Part shown: piece after piece, positions 12,150 to 24,058 of the stretch
Numbering within the stretch: position 1 is the stretch's first letter
Layout of the letters: each line of letters starts with the position of its first letter
Assembly (NCBI RefSeq): GCF_009914755.1
Contig: NC_060935.1
Direction: 5' to 3' (one strand)
From: the human T2T-CHM13v2.0 reference genome, Homo sapiens
Length of the DNA stretch: 64,000 bases
Made by a program: the position numbers and the translations under genes
Notes under the pieces: generated by a model
Told to the model about the DNA's origin: nothing
What the model saw: the letters and a program-made list of their open reading frames with translations, nothing else
The model's database searches: none

Positions 12150-12655
12150 ATATTAGTCAGTCAGGGTTTGGTTAGAACAGAAGCTGCTGTAGGTATTTCA
12201 AGTAGGAAGAGGCTTAATACAGGGAATTCGAGATTTCTGTGGCCACTGGAAGATGGAGATTTCTGCTTTCAGAAAATCAAAAAAGGCAGAGGTCTCGGGA
12301 AGCTGCTCCACTAATCTCAGCAGCTGCCTCTCCAAAGTGAGTAATTCTCAGGAGGCTACCCAGAGGTGATAAGGGATATAATTGGTGATTCAACATTTTT
12401 CACCACCAAAAAGGATGATTCTCAGGGTGATATTCCAAACATCTGCCTTCCACCAGTGCCCACATGCCTGCAAACAGCTGCCCCTGGGAAATAATGACTT
12501 CATTTTGGTCTTCCAAAACTCTTTCAAGTGCCTCTCCTTGACAGAACTGACCCAGAACTATACTGGAAAGAGATTCTTGGAAAAGAAGTTCCAGATGATT
12601 GCCCTAAGTAGACGGAGTGAGGATGCTGCTGAGTTGATCAGAGACAATCCTGCAC
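12150..12655 (-). mobile_element. Ancient ERVL/MaLR-type LTR fragment
   Basis: tattagtcagtcagggtttgg...taggtatttcaagtaggaagaggcttaatacaggg opening is typical of old MLT1-class LTRs. Confidence 0.4.
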
Positions 12656-14649
12656 ATGGACCTATCTTCATTCATTCAACGGGTAGTTAAGGGAGACTTA
12701 CTATACACCAGACTCTGCACTTGTGCCAATCTTATTTCTCTAAGACTTTTGAGTACAGTTGTGTATCTTCTAATTTTTTTCTATATTCCATAGTGCGTGG
12801 CACAATTCTGGGCACACAGCAGATAGATGCACACTGATTGCCCATTGGCTTAGCTGACCTCAAACATAGCTAGTCTGCCATTTTCAATGGAAGAGTGTAA
12901 AATGAGAAATATAATTTACATATCTCTTTCTATACATAGTAATTTATGTATATATGCTGAGTAGAACTTAGTATTACACAGGTATAATAAGCTAATTAAA
13001 GACAATTTGAAAAAGCTAGTTAAAATTTTAAAATCACTTTTAGTTTATCATTATTTACCAAAACAGCCTTTTACCAACATTTTTGGTTTGCCTTTACTGT
13101 TTTTTATTCTATTTTTGTCTTTTAGACAGTATTAATATATTTTTAATGGTTTTATGTCTTTTTCTCTTGATTATTATTTAATAGGTATTTTAATGTTATT
13201 ATATTTGAAAAATTTTGATAGCTGAGGAACAATTGAATGGATTTATTATTGTTTATTTAATCATTCTGCTAGTATTGGATACTTAGATTGCTTCCAATAT
13301 AAAGTGTTGTCTAAGCCTTTGTTTTTCCTTTGAAAATTGGTTGGTAGTTTGGGTCTTGAGTGAGTCTGGGCTTGCATTTCATCCTTTCTCCCCCTCCCAG
13401 CCCTTGATATGAACAAAAGGTCTAGAGGGTATTGTTGACTCAGGGCTGTTAGTGCACAGTACAACTCCCAGTTTGTTGGCCTGGCTGGATATCTTTGCCC
13501 CAGGGACCCTTGCTTTAGTGCAGAGGAAGGGATCCAGGCCTGGGTGGTAAAGAGGAAATCTGACTTCCAGTCCTGGCTTTGTCACTTAGGGGGTGTGTAA
13601 TACTGAGCACGAGTCCTTACCTCTCTGATTGTAAGTTTTTCCTCATTTGAGAGAATGACCAGTTAGTTTATGGACCCCTCCAGCTCTGCCATTCTTTGGA
13701 TTGATCTCATTCCTAACCTTCCTGGGCATGAAGAATTATCTTGTTACTCTTCGTCCAATTGTGATTTGCAAGCTGACTTTTCATTTTGGGGTTGTTGTAT
13801 GGCTCAGCTCAGGTGGAGATCACCTTCCACACCTCTCTGCATTTGCCTACACTGCTTTCTCCACTTACATTGTCTTTCTTCCCAACTCAGAGATAATGTT
13901 TGTGTGATGCCAAGCTCTGAATGCCCATTTTGCCTTTTCTTCTCCTGCTATTAATTTCAGTTACTGCTCAAATGTTCCCTGTTGAAAAAGTCTCCACTAT
14001 GTCTGGGCTGCTGCAGCTCAGTGTACTGCCCCTAAGGCCCTTACCACGCCACATCGTGCTGTCTCCCCTTGCCCTTGCGAATTCCTTGAGGTTCACATCA
14101 TGTCTCCCTCATCTACAGCAAGGTGCCTGGCACATAGTGGGTGTTCCATGACTGTGTTGAATCAGCAAACAAAGTGCCCTGTCCAGAGCAAGCTTGCATT
14201 TCCCTGACAAGTCTGGAGCTGTCAGAGTAAGTGCAAGCCACCCTTCCTCAGTCGAAAAACAGGAAGGTGATTTGTGGAGGTTTCCTTTCTTTCCTTGTCA
14301 GAGCAGGATGCACATTTTTAGTGCAGAGCTCTGAATGGCAAGGTTTTACCTTATCAGTGATATCCATTTCCAGCATCCCTTTAAATGCTAATTAGTCTCT
14401 CCCCAGGGAGATCTGGCAGAATGATTCAGCTTCACTCTGAATGATCGTCTCCTCTTTGTGCAGACAGATGCATGTATGGAGTGAGGGTGTTACCTGCCTG
14501 CCTCTAAGTCCTCTTATCTGCACTCATATTTGTCTCATTTCACTTCCCTCCACTCACTGCCTTGGCATCTCCCCCTCTGGCTTTGAGAAAAGGCTGCTCA
14601 TATGCACCTCCCTATGGGGAAGTAGAAACAGAAATAAAAGTGAATCACA

Positions 14650-15060
14650 TTAACTCATTTAATCTCCATGACCACCTTTTCCAATAGGTTTTATTATCGC
14701 CATTTGAACATTTCAGGAAACCGAGACCCAGGGAATTTTATTAACTTTATTTACAAAGTCACAAAGACTAAGTGGTAGAGGTGAGATTCAAACCTGAGCC
14801 TGGGTCCAAATTCCCTGGCAGTCTATGGTATCGCCCAGCTAAAAAAATCAGCAACTATCCATTACTGAGAACTTCTCAGGGCCGGGTTTTCTACTAAATA
14901 ATGCTTTATGCACTCTAACTCATTTACTTTAAATTAATCCTCAGAAAATCTGATAAGGCAGGTATATTAGTCCCAGTCTGCAGTAAGGTGAAGAAACTGG
15001 TGCAGAAGAGGGTAGCAGCTGTGCAAGGTCACAGGGCTCATACATGGCTTCACCTTAGTA
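14650..15060 (-). mobile_element. Two MIR fragments
   Basis: MIR core motifs ggaaaccgagacccag..caaagtcaca..agtggtagaggtgagattcaaacc and gaagaaactggtgcagaagagg..caaggtcacag. Confidence 0.6.
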
Positions 15061-15454
15061 TCCGACTCGAACTCCTGTCTCCACCCATTCCTCTTCCTCC
15101 TCTGCCTACTGTCTCTTCACTGGTTCAAAGGCAAGAGCTGTGTTCAAGTCACCAGGCAGTATCTGCCCTGCCAGGAGTGATTGGAGACAGCCTGCAGCTG
15201 GTTACGCAAGCCCTAATGGGGATTCTGTGGATACTGGGTCTCACACTGAAAACCTGTCTACAGGTCACATAGCTCTGGCCTGATGGGCAGCATGCAGCTC
15301 CTCCCCCAGTAGTTCCTGAAGCTCTAGTTAACTAGAGTCTAATTGAATTGAATTTTTCTTCCCACAGGTGGAAGAGTTAATTATTAGTTTTTCAAAAGAT
15401 GCCAACAACTGAACAGCATTTTCCTTCGATGTCCTGGTGCTTGGGAGCACATGT

Positions 15455-16395
<941 letters not shown>

Positions 16396-17932
16396 CTAAA
16401 AGGTATATGTTAAGGACGGAGCTACTCAGACCTCGGAAGCAATTTCCTGCCAACACCTCAATTGTTTCCAAGCCTGATTTTTCAGAAGCTCTTCTTGAAA
16501 ATGTTTTCCCATCCAAATAAAGTTGTCCTTACATGCTAAACATCAAGGGGATATGGGAAACACATAACTGGAAAGAATTTCTGCCCGTAATTAAATTATA
16601 GCCAAATGAAATGACATGTTGATCTGTCTCACTGCTCGCATATCTGGGACTGCATGTTGCATACCAATTTCTGGTCTAAATCCATTAAAATCCTATGGAG
16701 AAAACTCTTTCTCTCTTTAGAACAGAAGTAAGATAATGCTTGGAGAATCATGGGAGACAGTTAGGCTCTAGGAGGGTGGAAATCTGTAGGTCCCATATCT
16801 CTGCTTTCGCTGAGCCATGACGGAAAGAAAGGCAGATGAATGAGATCTGGGTTTCAAAACCTTAATCAACTTGGACTATGGAACTCCAACTCACAATCCA
16901 CTGTGATTCTTCTTAGCCCTTGGGAGAGGCAAATGACGAGAAAATAATAGAATTTCAGGGGTTTAGTCTAAACAATCAGTATCGCAGAGCTGTCCCATTG
17001 TTAATACAGCTTCAGTGCAGTTTTCCCCTCCAGCTATGTTATCAGGCAGGGAGAACTGATGTTGATAATGAGGACCTGGTGGCCTTATATCATCCTCACA
17101 CACCTGAGATGGCTTGATCAGATACAGAATGCTCCACTTAGGCAGGAAAGTAAAATCTTTATCAAGATTCATAAAAATTTTACCTTTTTTTTTTTCCTGG
17201 CTAATTGCTACCTCAATTGCTATACCAGTATTTTTGGAAAGAATGATACACAAAGGAGAACCAGACACAGTGTCTGTCCTTGAGGCCTGTGTCCAGTAAA
17301 TAGAGTGGGGAGTGTTCTAGACCAGGCATGATTATGGGCTTGGAGGTGCTGTTATAAACTGTACCCCAACTGCTACTATATAACTGTGTCTCTTTTGTGC
17401 TAAGTCAGCTTTATTGATTCATGTCCTGAAAGGAGAAGTCAATTTAATCTATAGGAAATGGTCCAGTATGTAGGTGAGAGCTCTCCGAAGATACTCTCAC
17501 TACATGTAATTCACGGAAGAGGGAGGGTTCTCAGAGGCTTTCAGCAGGAAGGATCGAGAACTCCTGTTTCTCTCAAGGCCTCTCTGGGTTCTACTTTAAG
17601 GCAGTAAGATGTCTGACTCACCTGTGGACAATTATCAGGTCTCAGGCATTCTTAATATGATATTTTCTTTAAAACTCTCAGCCCCAAATGGAAAGAGTTA
17701 TTATCTCCATTTTTACAGAAGGGTAAACTGAGACTGATAGATTAAGAATTTTATAACTAGTGAGGAATGGTCCAGGGGTCCAGAGCAAGGTCTGCTTTAG
17801 CACGTAGTCTTCACTCTTAGCCTGTTAATCAGTTGGGTGAAAAGTTGACTGTTACTTAGTTAAAGGTCTCTTTCTTCTGTGTTTTCTAGAAGTCTTTACT
17901 GAAGCCCACAATGAATGCCTCTTTTTTCCCAG

Positions 17933-18009
17933 CTTTACAGAAAGAATTCAGGAAAAGGAGAAAGCCTCTCTTACACCAATCCCGCCAGTCTATGTTGGTG
18001 GCAGAGATG
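17933..18009 (+). other. Candidate spliced exon (77 nt, or 69 nt from the alternative AG at 17939-17940)
   Basis: cctcttttttcccag acceptor and ATG|GTAAGT donor in non-repeat DNA; no product recognised. Confidence 0.35.
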
Positions 18010-18479
18010 GTAAGTGAGACATCCCAAGGGAATAGGGAACCTTGGAAGATTAGGGGTTGTGACTGCTTCACCTCTCTTGAAACTCTTCTTCCATTGTCCA
18101 TCTTTGATACTTTAGGGAGATGCCAAGTTTCCCCTAAAGAGGCTTTGAAAATGTTCTCTACGTAACTGAGTTCTCCCACTTTTCCATCATTGTATGTGGC
18201 CATGAAAGTCATCACTACCCTTATTTCTCCATTTCTGTCAGTTTTCCCTTTCATGTGTGATTCTTAGACTGCCTGTATCACAATCACCTGAGGTGCTTAA
18301 GGAAAATGTGTATTTCAGGCCCGGGGTCTGCATTTCACCAGTTCTTCACTTGATGATTATGCTCGATGTTTGAGAGCCTTTTTGCTAAACTACATTTTCT
18401 AAAATATCTCTAGCAGACCCAGAGGTTATAGGATGCTAATAAGCATTACGTAAAAAAGGGAACATGAAAGAGGGCTCTA

Positions 18480-18706
18480 TGGCAGGTGGTCTGTAAAGAG
18501 CTCAAAATCAAGTTGTGGCCTGTTTCTGTATAGTCCTTAAGCCAAGAATGGTTTGGTTATTTTTAAAGTGTTGTACTAAAAGAAAAATATGCAATATCAG
18601 ATTATATCTGATGATTTCTCACTAGCCACACATACCAGAGACCGTATGTAGCCAGAAAACCTAAAATATTTACTCTCTGACCCTTTACAGGAAAAGTTTG
18701 CTGACC
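18480..18706. mobile_element. MER58-like hAT-Charlie MITE with an internal insertion
   Basis: agccaagaatggttt ... cagagaccgtatgtagcc..cctaaaatatttactctctgaccctttacaggaaaagtttgctgacc. Confidence 0.75.
18602..18633 (+). repeat. 32-bp exact copy of 19544-19575
   Basis: ttatatctgatgatttctcactagccacacat occurs at both positions. Confidence 0.95.
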
Positions 18707-19543
18707 TTCTCTCTGTGGTCAAATGAATTTCAGAAAGTGTTGAAAAAAATTGAACACTTCTGGGGTGCTGTTGCGTGATCTAAATGCTGGTTATGTTCAG
18801 TTTGTGAAAGTTAATTCAGTATAAAGTTTAAACAGTAAGGAAGTTTCCTGACTGCAGGAAGACTTGGTGCCTTTAATACACCAATGTGCACCGGAGGGTA
18901 TATGCATTTCTCAATCTTGTTTGAACACAGAATTCCCCCTCTTTTTGTTTTGATTTTTTTTAATAGAGCATATTGTGGAATTAGTGCTCCGTGGATTATG
19001 TTCTGAGCAATACTTTTCTAAAGAAGTTAATTCCAATTCAGAATTGACAGTCAGTTTCCCTTGAATCATTCATCATAATATTTTCCCTCATCTTGGTTAG
19101 GAACACCATTCCTTCTCCTCTTATACTCCGTGGATTCAAATCATTCTTCCAAACTTTCTGTTCAAGCCCTCTCTCTTCCAAAATCCGCTTACCATCTCCT
19201 ACATCAATTACAAGGACAGAAAACTTTGAACCATATGGAATAATTTACTGACTAATTGTAGGGACAACAATGAACTTAATTTAACCTTATTTTCATGACA
19301 TGGTGTAGAGGGAAAATCATTTAATAGAAATATGAGAAAAGTTGTGTTTCTGGCTCAGGTCAACCACTAACGAAGTGGGAGGCCTGAGTAATTCACTTTT
19401 CTACCCTGGCCTTTGATAAGTTTATTGGCCTAGATATTCATTTCAAGTTTCCTTGCAGATCCAATATTCTGTAATGTTCTGGGATTGTAGAATTCCAGAA
19501 AAGGGAGTAAGATGAGGCAAGTCCATTTAAGTTGATATTTGAT

Positions 19544-19575
19544 TTATATCTGATGATTTCTCACTAGCCACACAT
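19544..19575 (+). repeat. 32-bp probable donor of the insertion at 18602-18633
   Basis: Exact match; lies in apparently unique DNA. Confidence 0.95.
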
Positions 19576-20291
19576 CCAGTTGGTATTGCTAAATTGTGGT
19601 TATGATACAGACTTTAAAAGCATTCTAATTGATAGTTAATTCTATTTGTTGAACAAAACTCATATTTTTACGCAGCAACAGATTAAAAATCAAAGATTTT
19701 CTTAATCTTGTTAAGTGGATTTTCTTCTTCATGAGTCAGTCTGGCAAGCCTTTGATCATGGACTTGGACAAAGTGTTGGTATTTTTATGCCTTCTAGAAA
19801 GCCCCAGCTGTCTGAGACACTCTGCCCCCGATGTCTCATAAATCTGATTTGATCACTCTTAATTTGTTTCCCAGATAAAACTATTAACTGTGGGAGTGAA
19901 AATAGTTGCTTTTTACTCTACAGAAAGGTCATGAACTTCAATTTTGTGGGCTTCTATTTTTTTTAATGGATACCATTGACATGAAATTTCAGCCATGTTC
20001 TTCACTGTGCTTCTAATCCTACCATCATCTCTAGATGACTTTCCACTGAATTTCCAATAGAGGCTGCTCCAGGCAGTTCTGTCTTCTCTTTGAGCATCAG
20101 TCCATTCAGCCCTCTTAGCCCAGCAAGGGGCCATACTTTTCCTCTTTGCTGTCTCAAAGCTCCTAAAGTATCCAATGACTTCTCCCATCCTCACTCATTA
20201 TTTCATTAACATTTCACAAATGTTTAGTCTGCCAGGTACTGTGAACCAGGCACAGTTCTTTCCCTTAAGGCACTCTTACTCTGCTGGGGAT

Positions 20292-20737
20292 TGTGAACCC
20301 TGAATATCTGAGATAGGTCTCAGTCAATTTAGAAAGTTTATTTTGCCAAGGTTGAGGACACGGACCCATGACAGCCTTAGGAGGTCCTGACATTTGCCCA
20401 AGGTGGTCAGGGCACAGCTTGGTTTCAAACATTTTAGGGAGACATGAGACGTCAGTCAATATATGTTAGATGTACATTGGTTCTGTCCAGAAAGGCGGGA
20501 CAACTTGAAGCAGGCAAGGTGCTTCCAGGTTACAGGTAGGTGAGCGACAAATGGTTGCATTCTTTTGAGTTTCTGATTAGTCTTTCCAAAAGAGGCAATC
20601 AGATATGTATCTATCTCAGTGAGCACAGGGATGACTTTGAATAGAATGGGAGGCAGATTTACCCTAAGCTGTTCCCAGTTTGACTTTTCCCTTTAACTTA
20701 GTGATTTTGGGGCCCCAAAATCTGTTTTTCTTTCACA
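20292..20737 (-). mobile_element. Solo LTR, MER4A1-like (ERV1)
   Basis: TG..CA ends; reverse strand begins tgtgaaagaaaaacagattttggggccccaaaatcactaag; near-TSD ggat/ggag. Confidence 0.85.
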
Positions 20738-21190
20738 GGAGTCAGAAGGGATAAAAACACCAGTAAGCATATAATGTACAAGTCTGTGAGTACCAGAGAG
20801 GAAGCATTTACTTTGCTTAAATAGGAGAATGAAGGAAATTTCCCAGTAAAAAAGATCAATGAGTTGTGTCTGAAAAGGGTAAGTCAGAGTTTACTAGAGA
20901 CAACTGGGGGACTGACACTCCAGGTGGAGGGAAAAATGTGTGCAAAACCTTGAAAGCATGAGAAAGTGTGGCATAATCAGAGAGAGTAGGAGGGGGTTAG
21001 AAGGAGAATATGTTGGGGTAGTGTTGGGAGATGAGCTGGAAAATCGGGTAGGGATGCCATCATCTGGGAGGAGGAAGGGCCTTCCCTCCCCTGGGCTCCT
21101 GGCCCCACTCTGTTCAGTCTCAACAGTATCCTTTCTGAGTTCCCCTTTTCTTCTCTTCAAACCCACAGATAGGGTTAAATCTTATCTTTA

Positions 21191-21191
21191 A

Positions 21192-21228
<37 letters not shown>
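21191..21228 (+). repeat. (CA)n microsatellite
   Basis: Direct reading. Confidence 0.97.
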
Positions 21229-21230
<2 letters not shown>

Positions 21231-21402
21231 CACTTTCACTCCACTCTGATTTAAGATTGCACCTATGGTTCTCAGTATCTAGTTTACAAAGTTCTCAAAA
21301 GAACAGTATCTCTCACTTTTTTTACTTTGTCACCTCCTATTCTTTCCATGTTATTGTAATCTGGTTTGAGAAAAAATGAGGAGTGTATTTAGGTGTATTA
21401 AC

Positions 21403-21763
21403 TGCTGTGGTCTGAAAGTTTTTGTTCCCCCTAAATTAATAGGTTGAAACCTAATTCCTAATGTGAGGGTGTCAGGAGGTGGAGTCTTCGGGAGGTGATA
21501 AGTCATGAAGGTGAAGTCCTCATAAATGGGATTCATGCCGTTATAAAAGGGACCTCAGAGAGCTCCCTTTCCTTTTCCATCATGTGAGGTAAAATGAGAA
21601 GATGATCATCTATGAACCAGGAAATAAGCCTTCACCAGACACTGAATCTGGCAGTATCTTAATCTTGAACTTCCCAGCCTCTAGAACTGTGAGAAATAAT
21701 TTCTGTTGTTTATAAATCACTCAGTCTATGGTATTCTCTTGTAACAGCCCAAATAGACCAAGA
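21403..21763 (+). mobile_element. Solo LTR, MLT1A-like (MaLR)
   Basis: tgctgtggtctgaa ... ccagcctctagaactgtgagaaataatttctgttgtttataa ... acagcccaaatagaccaaga. Confidence 0.85.
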
Positions 21764-22684
21764 GTCCATCCAACTTTTAAACTTTTCTCTAAAACCTATG
21801 AATCAACTCTTTTTGGGTCTGTCCCACTGTGAATTTTTCTCTTCATCCTTATTTATTTTCAGCCTATGTAGATTTGATTCCTCCCTGAATATATTTTAAT
21901 TTACTTAAAATGAGTCTGCCATCTTTTTCTGAACAATTATATAAGGCCAATGGGTACTTTAATTCCAAGGCCATGGTGGGTGGTTACCAAAGGCCATGGA
22001 AATGCCCATTTGACACAAAGACTGAAGCAGAAATGAATTTTCCCTTATCCCCACTCCAAGAGGAAATGTGCAATACTGGGAAAGCAGAAGAAGAGAATGA
22101 GATTGAGAGAGAGAAAGGAGATTCACACTGTTAGGGAAAAATGCTATCATGGCTGTGTGTTATCTTTGCAGAGCCTGTGCTATTGTTCCAGCTAGTTACA
22201 AACATTTGATAGGTGTTACTATGTGTAGCCATTGCAATACTGAGTTGCAAACACATTTTCTGAATTCATGGGCTCACAGTCTGGCAAGACAAGCCGCAAT
22301 GTTAGAAACAGAAATTTAGCAATTTTCTAGGCACCAAGATGAAGGAGTACACAGATCACCAAGTGAAAAGTGTATGTGAGGTAGGTTTGGATGGATAAGG
22401 TGTCTTGAACTGTGTCTTGAAGAACAAATAGAAGCCCAGGCAGCTGAGGGAGGGAGGATATCCAGGATGAGGAAACAGGATGTCTAAATGCACAGAAGAA
22501 ATAAGAGAAGGTGGTGCATCCAGGAAACTGTAGTTAGTTTTATTGCTTGTTGTGGCAGAAGCTTAGGGTAGAGAAGTAGCCAGAGGCTGTATAATGAAGA
22601 GCTTTAGGGTCCATGCATAATAGATTGGATTTTTATCTTTTAGTAAGAAGAGCCACTGAGGGGTGTTAATTTGGGAAGTAATAT

Positions 22685-23522
22685 TGATGCAGGATTTTTC
22701 TCAGCCCCTTTGCTGGACTCCCAGTAGGGGTGCCCTGTCTACTTGGCTCAGCCCCTTGAAGGAGGGAGCAGATGAGCAAGGGAGTGTGGAATTGGGCTGG
22801 CCGCTCTGGGTGCTGACATAGGAACAAGCTCCATGCAGGGCACGTGGCCAGACCAGGTGTATCACTTGAGAGGAACACAGTGGCGCCCAGGCAAGGGTGC
22901 CCATGACCCTGAAACCCCAGAGGGGGTGTTAGTGTGCTAATTAGCTCTTTTAGTTCTGCTGTCCACAGTCTTATGGACGGCGGTGTGTTAACAGCTCAGT
23001 TGGCCCCTGGTCCCATTGTGTAGGGTGGCTGCCCACCGCTGGCGAGGGCAAAGGGCCAGTGTGACAACCTTTCTGGTTACCCTCAGTTGGTGGATCCTGA
23101 GCTTTTGTCCGGTGTCCAAGAAGAATGAGGTCACACTGACAATTGAAGGATGGTGAGGGCAGATAATTTTACTGAGCAATGAAAACAGCTCTTAATGGAG
23201 AGGAGAGCTGGAGAGGGAATGGGACTAGCAGGTTGTCTTCCCCAAACTCAGGTCGTCTCTCTCTGTCTACCCACTGAGTCTGGGGCCTTTATAGGCACAG
23301 AATAGTGGCAGGGCGGGCCACAGGTAGTATTGGAAAAGGCAACATTCAGTTGGTTGAAAGGCATTATTCAAAAAGAACCAATTGGGAAAGAGTGGGCAAA
23401 CAGGAAAGAAGTTCTCACTCTGATCTGAGGTTTTACTTGGGACTGTCTTTGGCTTGAAGGTTGGGTTACGCTGGTGACCCATCCCTGACTGCCTAGGATT
23501 TCTCTGTCTCCTGCCTCTACTA
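22685..23522 (-). mobile_element. Solo LTR, MER52-family (ERV1), shorter than consensus
   Basis: Perfect 4-bp TSD ATAT (22681-84 and 23523-26); reverse strand starts ..aggcaggagacagagaaatcctaggcag..ccttcaagccaaagacag. Confidence 0.8.
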
Positions 23523-23607
23523 ATATGATTAGAAATGTGTTTGTAACTGATCATTTTGAGTCATGTTTTCCCTACTTTACCTTTGGTATTTCTATCTAAC
23601 CTTCATA

Positions 23608-24058
23608 CAGATGCTTCTTGACTTACAAATGGGGCTACATCCCAATAAACTCATCATCAATTCAAAATATTTTAAGTCAAAAATGTATTTAATATACCTA
23701 CCTAACCTACTTCCTCTGGTTAATAAGAAAAAAAAATCTAACCTTCCAAGCATCATAGCTCAGCCTAGCCTACCTTAAATGCGCTCAGAAAACTTACATT
23801 AGCCTACAGTTGGGCAAAATTATCTAACATAAGGCCTATTTTATAAAAAAGTATTGAATTTTTCATGCAATTTATTGAATACTGTATTGAAAGTGAAAAA
23901 TAGCGTGGCTTGCTGCTGCTATCCAGCAGTGTGAGAGAGTCTTGTACTGCATATCACTAGCATGGGAAAAGATCAAAATTGTAAGTTTGAAGTATGCTTT
24001 CTACTGAATTCATATCACTTTTGCATCATTGTAAAGTTGAAAAATCATTAAGAATCTG
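23608..24058. mobile_element. MER47/Tigger5-family MITE (TcMar)
   Basis: TA|cagatgcttcttgacttac ... atctg|TA; tagcctaccttaaa..cattagcctacagttgggcaaaa. Confidence 0.8.
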
